Source of the DNA: Vicugna vicugna | Lineage: Eukaryota | NCBI GenBank assembly: GCA_013265495.1 | Contig: MU058451.1 | Span: 2,204,454 to 2,224,453 of the forward strand | Direction of reading: 5' to 3' | Length of the DNA stretch: 20,000 nt | Shown: in pieces, positions 1 to 10,843 of the stretch | Layout: the number at the start of each line of letters is the position of its first letter | Numbering within the stretch: the first letter of the stretch is position 1 | The notes under the pieces: model-generated | Databases searched by the model: none | Seen by the model: only the letters and a program-made list of their open reading frames with translations | Told to the model about the DNA's origin: nothing | Translations under genes and position numbers: made by a program

Positions 1-622
1 AAGGACCCATCAATGAATGAATGGATAAAGAAAATGTGATATGTGTGTGTGTGTGTGTGTGTGTCTGTATATATATGTGTATATATGTGTGTATTTGTAT
101 ATATATGTATATATATAAAATGAAATATTATGCAGGCATGAAAAAGAAGGAAATCTTGTCATTTGGGACAACATGAATGGACCTTGAAGGCATTATGCTA
201 AATGAACTAAATCAGACAAAGACAAATACTGTATGATCCTTCTTAAATGTGGAATCTAATAAAAACCAAACTCATAGAAACTGAACAGATTGGTGGTTGC
301 CAGTGGCAGGGGCAGGGGAGTGGGTGAAATGGGTATAGGGGTCCAAAGGTATAGTCTTCTAGTTATAAGATAAATAAATTCCAGGGATGCAACAGATATC
401 ATGATGACTATAGTTAACAATACTGTAGTGTATATTTGAAAGTTAAGAGAGTAAACCTTCAAAATTCTCATCACAAGAAAAAAAATGTTTGTATACGAGA
501 TGATGTATGCTAACTGGACTTACTTTGGTAATCATTTTGCAATCTATACATATATCAAATCATAATGTTGTACACGTTAAGCTAATACAATGTTATATAT
601 TAATGATATTTCAATAAAACTG
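1..622 (+). mobile_element. LINE-1 3' end (ORF2 tail/3' UTR), old L1MA-type, running off the window start
   Basis: Typical L1 motifs: atggataaagaaaatgtg, aaaaagaaggaaatc, ggcattatgctaaatgaa, aaagacaaatactgtatgat, G-rich tract, terminal aataaaactgg followed by an A-rich stretch. Confidence 0.93.
41..117. repeat. Compound (TG)n/(TA)n microsatellite inside L1
   Basis: Directly visible: tgtgtg... followed by interrupted tatatg/tata units. Confidence 0.95.
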
Positions 623-1974
623 GAGAGAGGGGAAGCCAGAAAAAAAAATAGAACCTTCTATATAAGATCACAACACTTGCAGGATACACAAATTTACTAC
701 CAGGATACCTCTAAGAGAGTCCAGTGATAAGCAAATGAGATTGACATTTTTACAAGTTGCCTAGATCAAATGTCACTCGCCTAAAGCCATAGCCGCTGTA
801 CATCTATTTCCAAGGTATAATTCCTTCGAATCTGGGATCAACAGATTGTAAACTGGTTTTATTAAGTAGCTGGGTGGTATGCAGTGCTTTCATAGAAGTT
901 CTAAGCTACTGACAAAATACATGTCAACGTGGAAATATTCAGTGGGAAAAAGTAGTATTTTTGCTTCTGTAATGATAGGAACAAGGTTTTTTATCCAGCA
1001 ATTAGTAAGATGTTCTGTACGAAAGATTGGGAACCATTGCCCTAATGATCACCCAGAGAATATTGTAATTTATCCAAAGAATCAGTTTTTAGGAGTTTCC
1101 CCATTTCTGAAATAGGGCACAGTACTGCAGCAAGTGGCCGCTTAATGCAGAACAAATTTTGAGGTGTCAGATTCCTTTGAAAATGTGAGTCCAAGATGGA
1201 AACACTAACTGTAAACCCTGAGGTTACAGGAGACTTTAGAGATCAATAAGGGAGGGAAAGGACATTGCAAAGGAAGTCTGAATCCTCTCCTTAATGTGGA
1301 TTTGTTTTGTTTTGTTTCGCTTTGATTTTAGATCCAAACAGTATTCTTTAGTGGAGAGCAGATGTTCGGTAGAAACTGGAAATATAAGTTAAATCAAGAG
1401 TGTCCCTTGCTTTGCGGTCAACACACAGAGTCAGAACAAACAAAAAAAAAAGGCCTCCAGAGAGTCCTCCTTCTTTGACTGGCCTCTCTCTCCAGGTGGC
1501 ATGAAACGAACACAGCCTCCCACACCAGCTGGGCCCTGCATCTTAAGGGAGGTGGTCTTGCCGGGCGTGGGCTGGAAGCATGCAGCTTGATGGTTTGCAC
1601 TGCATCTTCAGATGCTGTCTTCACAAAATATGAGGACCACTTAAATGAACCCCTTTTTATAATAAACTCAATTCAAACGGGAATCCATCAAGCTTCATGC
1701 TTTTAAAAAAAATTCTTATAACTAGTCAATTTACCCTGTTTTTCACAAAGTCTATGGCGACACTTCCTGACTTTCTCTGTGTTTCCCCCACTGGGTTATT
1801 TTTTCAATCACCTTTTGAGAATATAGCCCTCCTTTGGAAGACCAGTAGGAATAATCTCTGAACAGGAACTGTATGATGACACATCTGGAAAGTTCAGAAG
1901 AGAAACTCAGAGTGGCCAGGGTGGTTTTTTTCTGAAAAGCCCTGCAAAGTGTCTAAAAAGCTTTCTTGTGTTGG

Positions 1975-2057
1975 AGGTCCACATGAGAACTTTGGTCCAC
2001 CTCACCTTCAGGCAAAGCAACTCAGCTCTCTAACCCTCAGTGTCCTTATTGTGAAAT
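1975..2057 (+). mobile_element. MIR SINE, 5' part (interrupted by L2)
   Basis: ggcaaagcaactcagctctctaaccctcagtgtccttattgtgaaat resembles MIR ggcaagttacttaacctctctgtgcctcagtttcctcatctgtaaaat. Confidence 0.55.
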
Positions 2058-2087
2058 CCTCTTCCAAAGCAAATTGGATTAGGTCGT

Positions 2088-2614
2088 TGATAAATTAGAA
2101 ACCGTGGCGAGTCTGAGATTCTGCTCCATTTGCAAGCTAACAAGTTAGCCTACCACGGATTTGTGTAGTTATATGACAGAAGACTCTGGGTCAGAGATAC
2201 AGACCAGTTCTTACTCACAGCAGAAGAAACAACCAGAGCGGTATCTTGCTTTGTTTCCTCAGAATGACAAGAGCCACATGATACCCACGTGTACAGTGGG
2301 GTGTATCAGAGGAGAGGAACTCTGAAGTTAGGAAAATTTGATTTTATATAGGGCTGCTGGTAACCAGCCCACCCTTCCCTCTAAAGAGAAAGATTATATG
2401 TTACTTTGGAATGTAAACTAGGCTCCTCCAGGGAGCGAAAGAAAGGGGCTTTATCTTTATTACCCTGGAATGTCTCCAGAGAAGAAGAGAGACATCTCTA
2501 AGCTTTATTATCCTGGAATGTCTCCTTATACAAACAAGGGCTATAAATGCCTTTGCTCGGAGGACCTGGGCCATGCAGGAATATGGGGAATCCATAGACA
2601 AGTGTCTACCAGCA
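2088..2614 (-). mobile_element. ERVL-class solo LTR (MER54/MER73/LTR53-like; subfamily uncertain)
   Basis: TG...CA ends; 5-bp TSD gtcgt (2083-2087) / gtcat (2615-2619); recalled family motif ttgcaagctaacaagttagcct...ctgggtcagaga. Strand is inferred from the recalled consensus. Confidence 0.75.
2455..2525. repeat. 23-bp direct repeat (48-bp period) inside the LTR
   Basis: ctttattaccctggaatgtctcc (2455-2477) and ctttattatcctggaatgtctcc (2503-2525), one mismatch; a degenerate third copy lies near 2395-2415. Confidence 0.9.
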
Positions 2615-3140
2615 GTCATTTGCTTGCTCAAAACCCTCGGTCGTTTTCCTCTGTAACTAAAATAATAGCCGACCCTGCCTTGTCGTGGTCTAGGAGACCG
2701 ACTTGATCTGATCCCTTCCTACCTTTCCAATCTCGTCTCATTCGTCTCCACTAGGCTTCAGCCACCTTGGTTTCTCATATGTGTCTCTTGGACATTTCAA
2801 GTTTATTTTTACCTTGAAATTCTCGAACTTGGTGCTGGAATGCTATTCCCTGGGACCTTCCCATAACTGATTTCTGATCTTCATCTAAGACACACAATGC
2901 AAGTGTCACCTCTGCAGGGAAGCCTTTCCTCTCCCAACATAGTCCTTCTCTATTACATCCCCATCTCATTGTCTTCATAGCCTTTGGCATTTTTTCTGCT
3001 CACTTCTCTGTTTGCTGTCTGTCTGCCCCTGCAAGAATGTTAAGTCCTATGAGATTAGAGAACTTTGTACTCAATTTTTAATCTATTAGCTAGAACAATA
3101 TCTGGCTTATTTTACAAAACATTTGTTGAATGTATGTTGA

Positions 3141-3240
3141 ATCTATAAAATGGGGATAATGATAGTTATTTCATAGAAGCTTAATTTACCGAATATAAAC
3201 ATGTTTGTAAATTATAGGTAGATATAATGGAACTATATTA
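3141..3240 (+). mobile_element. MIR SINE, 3' part
   Basis: atctataaaatggggataatgatagt is the MIR core. Confidence 0.6.
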
Positions 3241-3422
3241 ATAGTAATATTGGGTCCAATCATGGAGGTGAAGTTGTGATGTAAGAGTTAGCACTGCACT
3301 GAACTCTAAATAGTCAGCAGTCGACTCCAGAACATAGCTTCCTTTGGCAGAGGACATGTATTAAATTCAAATCAATTCAAAAATCAGTAGGGACTTGGTA
3401 CTCATTTGTGTATGCTTCTTAC

Positions 3423-3956
3423 TTTTTCTTTTTTGTATTTTTTTAAATTGAAGTATAGTTGATTTACAATGTTGTGTTAGTTTTAGGTGTACAGCATAGT
3501 GATTCAGTTATACATTATGCATATGTAGGATCTTGTTGTTTTTCTATTTTATGTATAGTGGTTTGTATCAGCTAATCCCAAACTCTTAGTTTATCTCTCC
3601 CCCTTTCCCCTTTGGTAACTATAAATTTGTTTTCTAAGTCTATGAGTCTGTTTCTATAAATAAATTCATTTGTGTCATTTTTTTTAGATTCCACATATAA
3701 GTGATATCATATGATATTTGTCTTTCTCTGTCTGACTTACTTCACTTAGTCTGATAATCTCAAGGTCCATCCATGTTGCTGCAAATGGCATTTCATTCTT
3801 TTTTATTGCTGAGTAGTATTCCATTGTGTGTATGTATGTGTGTGTGTGTATACACACCACATCTTCTTTATCCAGTCATCTGTCAATGGACATTTAGGTT
3901 GCTTCCATGTCTTGGCTATTGTAAGTAGTGCTGCTATGAACATTGAGGTATACATA
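3423..3956 (-). mobile_element. LINE-1 3' end, cetartiodactyl-type, 5'-truncated
   Basis: Poly-T then ttgaagtatagttgatttacaatgttgtgttagtt, tagattccacatataagtgatatcata, ccatccatgttgctgcaaatggc, gcttccatgtcttggctattgt. Possible TSD ttactttt at 3419-3426 and 3957-3964. Confidence 0.95.
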
Positions 3957-4139
3957 TTACTTTTAATCTATTTGTGAAAAACTGTAGAAATGCATAAATA
4001 AATTTGATGCAGCCATATTTTAAAATTTTCTTCAAAGCTTTGCCCAGTAGGGGACTGTACACTCAGTAAATGTATATTAAAATGAATTGACTTAATTATT
4101 CAATATGTAAATAAAACTGCTGTTGGGCCACAAAGATGA

Positions 4140-4260
4140 GTTTCTTCATTCAACAAATATTTATTAAGAGTTTTCTGTTAACAGGATGCTGTACTAGGCT
4201 CTGGGAATTCACCAATGAAGGTGAGTATCTGTCTTCAAGGAGCTCATTTTAATACCATAT
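4140..4260 (-). mobile_element. L2 3' end fragment
   Basis: ttcattcaacaaatatttatt...tgtactaggctctggg...tcaaggagctca is the reverse-complemented L2 terminus. Confidence 0.8.
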
Positions 4261-4344
4261 GGAGGCAGGTGAATGAATTGCCAAATCGAAGGTAATATTA
4301 ATATCTAGTATGACTGATGGGAAGCAGAAAATTCATATTCTTTT

Positions 4345-4410
4345 TCTGATTTGGCTCATGACTTACTTTCTCAATGGTTCTCTTTCCCCATCTGTAAAAT
4401 GGGTATTCTG
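4345..4410 (+). mobile_element. MIR fragment
   Basis: tttccccatctgtaaaatgggtatt (MIR core). Confidence 0.55.
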
Positions 4411-4414
4411 GGCT

Positions 4415-5025
4415 CTATTCCCTCCTCACCACCCTAGTCTGGGCCCTCACTTTCTCTTGCTTCTCTTGGACCAGTGTGACTATCTCTTAATTGTTTTTTC
4501 TCCCTTCAGTCTTGGACCTCACAAATCTACTCTCTTTTCTTACTGAATCAAATCCAATCTTTTTAATAGGGCACAGAAATTTCTTCATGATCTGGCACCT
4601 GACAAATCCCCTAACCTCACTATGTTCTTTCTTGCCTCACAATCTACATTCTAGATATGTTGACCTGCTCTTACTCTCTGACCTTACTCTATTCTTTCAG
4701 ACTTCTGTTCTTTGCTTGTCCTGTGCTCACGGACCAGAAAGCCTGGAGCACTTTTCTTTCCTACACATGCCCATCCTCACCTGCTCAGGCTAGGAGGCCA
4801 TCCCTGATCCATCTTCAACCCCTCTCCCTTTATTTTGGCTCTTGTCCATGCGCCTTGTGTTTGTCTCCATCGCTGCACTCACACGCTTATGATTTCCTCT
4901 GTGCATATCTGCTTTCTCCACTGTTCTCACTTCTTCTGCTAGAAATGGTGTCTGAGTTAGCCTTTCATCTTTAACATCTAACCTGTTAAATGACAGAATC
5001 GATGCTCATAATATTTGTTGAAGGC
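4415..5025 (+). mobile_element. L2 3' fragment
   Basis: Pyrimidine-rich L2 body (ccaccctagtctgggccctc, catgatctggcacctga) ending in gctcataatatttgttgaa. Confidence 0.7.
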
Positions 5026-5100
5026 AAGACAGAAAGAAGGAAAGAAGGACGGGAGAAAGGGGAAAATAGGAGAAGAAAGGAAGAAGCAAAGAGAGAGAAA
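5026..5100. repeat. GA-rich low-complexity tract
   Basis: agaaagaaggaaagaaggacgggagaaagggg...gagagagaaa. Confidence 0.8.
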
Positions 5101-6679
5101 GTATCTTTTTGCAGTGGGAAAAATAGAACTTTCAAATACAACAGCTGATTAAGTACAGTGATGATAAAATAGAGACATAAACTCTTTGATGCTGTCTTGG
5201 TTAAAACTGAAAGAAATTATAGGTTAGAATCAATTTGATGTCTTGGGGGCAAAATCCTATTATGTCAAGCACCAGTCATTAATAAGAGAGGTGGACTGAA
5301 AAACTTTTCACTCTTGTACTCTCAGCAGTAAAAAGAACAAAGAAATCAGACGGGAGGGAAAATGTCTTATTTACATTTGAATGATATGGGCCATGACCAC
5401 TGCTATGTTTCTTAAGAAGAAACAAGAAGATTCCCAAAATATTCACAAGTTCCTCATGGGCTTTTCTTTCTAGGATGGTCCTAAAAGCTAAGTACAAAAT
5501 TTCTGGAATGTAAACTTTAATCTCAAAGCATGTAAAACAGGGAATTGTTTATTTAATCTGTAGAATAACATTTGTTTTAAGGACTGGAACTTGCTCACTT
5601 TAATTGTAAATTAACTATTAATCTGACTCATCATTATACAAATTGTGTGGAATTATTTGTTCGTTAGAGAAAATTATTCGGGCCTCTGGGTCTAGTTTTT
5701 CTCTATACCTGCTTTGCCATCCATAACAAAAATAAGAAATCTATAGCGAACTCAAACCCAAGCACAGTGAGACGTGTAGCATCTTTGAAAACATGCTTTC
5801 CCTTGTTTTAAACACACACTGTTATCATGGATTCAGGTTTCTAAAAAACACCGCTGAAAGTCGAATCTTTATGGTCTCTGGATAGAAATTTCTTTCAAAA
5901 ATCTTACTTTGTTTATTTTTAAACTTTTTAAATGTAAAAAAATAATTCAACTCTTCTCTGCTTTGCCATGGTCAGAATATCCAAACACTGGAAACAATTT
6001 GAAGCTATTCCTCTATCATTTTTTCCATTTCAGTAATATTTTCCCCTTTCCTCTTAAGGAAGAGATTCAGGTTATTTTCCATTGTATGACTTGGCTGCTA
6101 ACAACCAGGGCATTTAAGAATAGATATCAGAGAACATTTCAGGGCCAGGGAGCAGGAGACCCCCCAGGAGCAGGTCCGCATTCACTGTCTAATTACGTTG
6201 TCATGTATCCAAAATGAGCTAGCTTCTCTCCAAGAAGCACGGCCAGGCGATGACCTAGGTATTAGGGGACTAGGTTCGGGAGACGCCTGAGTGCTGGTCT
6301 CAGAAAGCTGTGCGAAGCAGGACGCTGATTCTGTGGACAGCATGGTAGGCAGGTGGCATGTCTCCTCTGTGTTACTGCGGCCACCTTGAGACAGCAGCAG
6401 GTCTGAGCCGTGGGCAGGCTCCTTGCTGTGTGTTTATCTCCATTAGATGAATGGCCACAGTTACACGAATGATAGGCTATTCAGTTGGAAGCAGTCTTCG
6501 GAAAAATCAACAAAAACTAGATGCCTTTCTAACATTTCCACTCTTTTGTAGAAAGAAAGGCTTAGCCTCACCATTCTCTTTTGAAATTAGTAGATTTTGA
6601 AGCTGTCTTTCATACATTTCTTGGATTTAGGAGGAAGAATTATTAGGAGACTTTTCATGCTAGCAGTTAGAATTTATTC

Positions 6680-8100
6680 TGTGCCAGTGAGAAACCCTTG
6701 AAATTATTTAAATGGAAGAGTAATAGAAACAGATTTGTATTTCAGGAGAAACACAGTATGGAAGATAAACTGAAGGGGGGCCATGATGGTGGCAGTCAGG
6801 AGGCAGAATCGGGGAACTTGGTGATTGTGTGAGTCAAGGATGACCCAGGTTTCTAACTTGAAGGGGTGGGTGGACCTTTCACTGAAATAGGAAACAGGAA
6901 GCGAAGAAGGCTCATGAGGATGAGTTCAGATTTGGACATGCTGGACTTGAGATGCGTGCAGGATATCCAGGTGAACAGGAAGGAGAATTAATCAAATGGC
7001 CACATTTAGGCTAACAGATGGCTTATTTGTGTGCTTGTCCTTAAAACAGTCAACTGATCTGACTGACTGGTTGCTACTCAAAGCTCCAGGCCCGTAGTTA
7101 AAATAAAGCTATTAATTTTACTGTTTCTGCCTTATTCTAGCAATCAAAAGTAATAGTCATACTTGGTTTCTGCATTGTTCCCCAGGAAGAAGGTCACAGA
7201 ACTATAACCTTACAAAATAGGCTAAATACCAAGAAGTCCACGCCTTGGGCACTTACAAGATAAAGAGATCTCATAAAGAATGTGACAACTGCTAGCTTCT
7301 ATAGAATTGATCACCTGGAGGAATCGTGACGCCTCTCTAAGTCTTATGATGAGAAAGTGATTCTGTTGATTGTTTATTGTTTGAGCTATGGCTGAATAAT
7401 CACCCTCCCTTATCCGCTGTGTGGGTTCACAGTTTTGAAGGCACTGGCTTGCTGTGAGTCCCCTTTGCCTGGCAAAGCAATAAAGCTGGATCTTTTCCTC
7501 TAAGCTCCAAGACCCTGTCTCTGAGTTTCAGTTTGGCTCATCAGGGATGGGGGCCAATTTTTCAGCAACAAACACATAGATAAATCTAGAGCTAAGGAGA
7601 GAGGTACAAATTGGAAAACAGAAATGTGGACGTCAGCACCTTATTGGGACACAATTAAGTCAGAACTATGGATAAGATTGTCCTAAGAGGCTCTGAGAGA
7701 CAGGAGCCTTGGACTGGATATCTGAGTAATAGCAGGATGTAGGGGATGAAGAGAGGAAGCGGAGCTGTGGAAAGAGATTGACAGGGAATGATCAGAGAGA
7801 GAGAAAACGTGGCATTGTTTTAGAAACCAAAAGAGAAAACATCAAGAGGACTTGCGTGCCAATCTCAAACACTGCAGACAGTCAGCAGATGCCCTCTGTG
7901 CTCCCAGCACCTCCCATCGCCTTCACTACGTCTTACACTGTTTACCTTGTCTCTTCTTCGGGGCTGACAAGAGCCTCAAGGTCAAGGCTTCTGTATTCCC
8001 AGGATCTAAAGTATACCCAATGGTTTGGACAACTGAGTGCAGTTTCAATGAAGTGGTAAGGGGTGGAATTCTGACTGAGGGATGAATAAGGGAGGAGAAA
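6680..8100 (-). mobile_element. L2 internal fragment, split by the ERV1 LTR at 6978-7570
   Basis: gagtcaaggatgacccaggtttctaacttg and gatgagttcagatttggacatgctggacttgagatg...atccaggtg; L2-like sequence resumes after the LTR (ctagagctaaggagagagg, tagaaaccaaaagagaaa). Confidence 0.75.
6978..7570 (+). mobile_element. ERV1-class solo LTR (593 bp)
   Basis: Perfect 4-bp TSD aaca (6974-6977 / 7571-7574); 3' end ...gcaaca; 5' TG appears mutated to GG; AATAAA at 7479-7484 within ccctttgcctggcaaagcaataaagct, recalled from artiodactyl ERV1 LTRs. Confidence 0.85.
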
Positions 8101-9017
8101 TTTCAAATGTGGCTACATCTCAATTATCCAAGCTGAGGGAATAGAACAGAAATGTGGGTGAAACAAACAAAAAAGAGACAAGCTCAAAAGTTACATCTGA
8201 CTTTGAACAAAGACTCCATAGAAAACCTATATTTTTTCATCAATCCAGACAGTCCTTCCTCCAGTCCCAGTTCTCCTGTGATGTGACCCTAATGTCTTCA
8301 GTTGAAACTCTCCCAGGAAGAGGGAAGAGACACTGGACACCTCAAAGGGAACGAGCCCGTGATTAAGTGAGAACTGACAAGTATGGAAGGGGCGTGGAAG
8401 AATGAAGCTCCCTCCATGTGGGTAAAACTCTGCTGTTGTAGATAACAGATAATCATAAGGTGTGTCATCCTTATTTCCACGATAAACAGAAGGTCTGAGC
8501 GTTTGCAAGCCCATAAAACGTTTTCTAGCCTTGAAAATGAGTGTACTTTAAGATTTTAGATGAATGTCATTCAGAAAGTGTTTCCTTTATAAAGGTGTCA
8601 TTATAATAATGAATGTTTTGTATTTGGGGAAGTGGTGTCATATGTGGAATGTTCAGCCAAAGGGAAAAAGACTAGTAGCTAGTTTTAAAGTCTTCTGGAG
8701 AAGATAAGAGTTTTAGTTTCTTAAGTCTCTCTCTCTTTTTTTTCAACCCAAAGTCAAATGAAGGGTGGCGTAAAGAAGAATTGAAAACAAAAACTAGTGA
8801 GCTGGTTTGATCATAATAATTACAAAAGAACTTTCTGTACATATCAGTCTGTTCTTTAAAGTACTTCCACATGCATTATCTGATTTTATGTATATTCATA
8901 AACAAAGCAAATTAATGCAGGTTAGCTCTGATAATCCTTGTGAAAGAGGTGAGGAAATTGACGATCAGATACAGCTTCATCTTCTGTGGCATCATTTTTT
9001 TGAGAAAATGCCCAGAC

Positions 9018-9486
9018 TGTTTCAGGAGAATGGGGTGCGAGAAGATGGCCATGTCGCAGGTCTTGGGCAAGTCCCTGGGATGCACCCCATTGAGTGAGGG
9101 TCCTTGGCTTCATGCACGGAAGCATTCAAGAGTGAGCCATAGTGAAGTGAAAGTGGACTTATTCAGGGAGATCCTCCATGGACAGAGTGTGGTCCCTCTC
9201 ACTCAGAAGGGAGAGTAGCAACTAGGTGTAGCTAGTATTTAAGGGCTGGGTAATTTCATATGCTAATGAGTGGGAGGATCATTCCAACTGTGTTGGGGAA
9301 GGGGTGGGGATATCCAGGGTTTGAGCCCTGCTTACTTTTTGGCCTTTTGCAGTCAGCCTGGGGACTGTCATGGCGCCTGTGGGTTTGTCTTGAGGCTCAA
9401 GGCTACTGGAAGTCGAATCTTCTGCCATTTTGGTTCTAACCAGTTAACCTATCCTCAGTTGCCCTGCCCCCTTCCCTCCTCTCTCA
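9018..9486 (-). mobile_element. ERV1 solo LTR, MER41-like cetartiodactyl family
   Basis: TG...CA ends; near-TSD agac (9014-9017) / aaac (9487-9490); motifs ctgggtaatttcatatgctaatgagtgggagga and ctgtcatggcgcctgtggg. Confidence 0.75.
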
Positions 9487-9519
9487 AAACCAATATTTTC
9501 CTTCCAGTATATAATGATC

Positions 9520-9627
9520 CTCCCACCTGCCTTCCTTCCCTCCTTATTTACTTTCTTTTTCTTCTTTTCGTTTCTCCTTCATTAATTTCTTCTTTCCTTC
9601 CCTGCCTCCCCCTTTCTTCTTTCCTTT
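9520..9627. repeat. CT-rich low-complexity tract (ccttc/cttt)
   Basis: Directly visible pyrimidine tract. Confidence 0.8.
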
Positions 9628-9656
9628 AGAAAACTATAAAGCAAGGACTCTGCCAT

Positions 9657-10168
9657 TGTGATATTGTGATATAATAGAAGTACACATTTTGTTCTTCAGC
9701 CCTGGATCCTGAAGCAGCTCCAGAGCAACCAAGGTGAAAGGAGTATCTTTTGTTAGAAGATTTGGTTTTTGTTCTTGAAGTTGTTCTGAAGTGATAAAGC
9801 TGAAAGGAGCCTCTTTTGTTATTCATAGCAAGCCCCTTTCAACCACCTCTGAGTTTATGTTAATAAGGTGAATTTTGGAAAGCCCCTAAAGATGGGGGGG
9901 TGGGGTAGGTGGAGGGCTGGTTTCCAGGGGAACGAATCATGTGACTAGAGGGTTGGAACTTTCAGCACCCGCCACCCAGACTGGCTCTAGTCTGAGTTAA
10001 TCACTAATGGTTAATGATTGAATCAGTCATGTCTATGGAATGAAACCTCCATAAAAACCTTAACTGAAGGGGTTCAAGGAGCTTCTGAGTTGGCGAACAC
10101 ATGGAGGACTGGGCTCCCAGAGAAGTCACAGAGGCTCTGCGCTTCCCCTATACCTTGCCCTGTGGCCA
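9657..10168 (+). mobile_element. MER21-family LTR, 3'-truncated
   Basis: Starts tgtgatattgtgatataat; contains catgtgactagagggttggaactttcagc, aatgaaacctccataaaaacc, gagcttctgagttggcgaacacatggagg, taccttgccctgtg. Confidence 0.8.
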
Positions 10169-10483
10169 GTGTGGGGGGAAAGAAAACAGGTTTGGCATTA
10201 GAAATAGAGGCAGGAGAGTAAGAAATGGCATTCTTTTTTTAGTGAAGTACTTACTATACAAGGCACTGAATCTAATAAATATAACCTGTGCTCTCAAGTT
10301 ACTGTAACTTCAAATGTGCGTTCTTCCTACAAAAGGGTGAGTGTGCCTGGCGGCGTGAGGCAGGTGGCCCCAGTGTCTAGTACTCTTGTCTATACATGTG
10401 TATCAAGTATCAAATGTGTTGACATTTATTTATTTTAAAAGGGTACTGATTAACATTTGAATATGCACCTTTTGGGCAAATTT

Positions 10484-10843
10484 TTTAACTGTTTTTTTTG
10501 AGTTATAGTCATTTTACAATGTTGTGTCAAATTCCAGTGTAGAGCACAATTTTTCAGTCATACATGAACATGTATAGATTCATTTTCACTTTTTTTTATC
10601 TGTGAGCTACCACAAGATCTTGTATATATTTCCCTGTGCTATACAGTATAATCTTGTTTATCTATTCTACATATGCCTGTCAGTATCTACAAATTTTGAA
10701 TTCCCAGTCTATCTCTTCTACCCACCTCCCCCTTGGCAACCACAAGTTTGTATTCTATGTCTATGAGCCTGTTTCTGTTTTGTATTTATGTTCTTTTTTT
10801 TTTTAAATTCCACATATAAGCGATCTCATATGGTATTTTTCTA
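10484..10843 (-). mobile_element. Young camelid-type LINE-1 3' end (360 bp, 5'-truncated)
   Basis: Perfect 15-bp TSD cttttgggcaaattt (10469-10483 / 10844-10858); T-tail; L1 3' UTR motifs ttccctgtgctatacagta, ttggcaaccacaagtttg, ttccacatataagcgatctcatatgg. Confidence 0.93.

Larger units (their letters stand above)
2058..3140 (+). mobile_element. L2 LINE 3' fragment, split by an LTR at 2088-2614
   Basis: L2-like gtcatttgcttgctcaaaaccctc and gtcacctctgcagggaagcctttcct; canonical 3' end atttgttgaatgtatgttga. The short piece 2058-2082 joins colinearly across the LTR. Confidence 0.75.

Noticed and set aside
882..1039. Possible hAT-Charlie MITE (cagtgctttc ... ttgggaaccattg)
   Set aside because: Only the right end resembles a Charlie terminal repeat; the flanks give no convincing 8-bp TSD.
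2395..2525. Repeat-spacer-repeat pattern superficially like CRISPR
   Set aside because: Only 2-3 units, inside a mammalian LTR where tandem duplications are common; no cas genes and a eukaryotic context.
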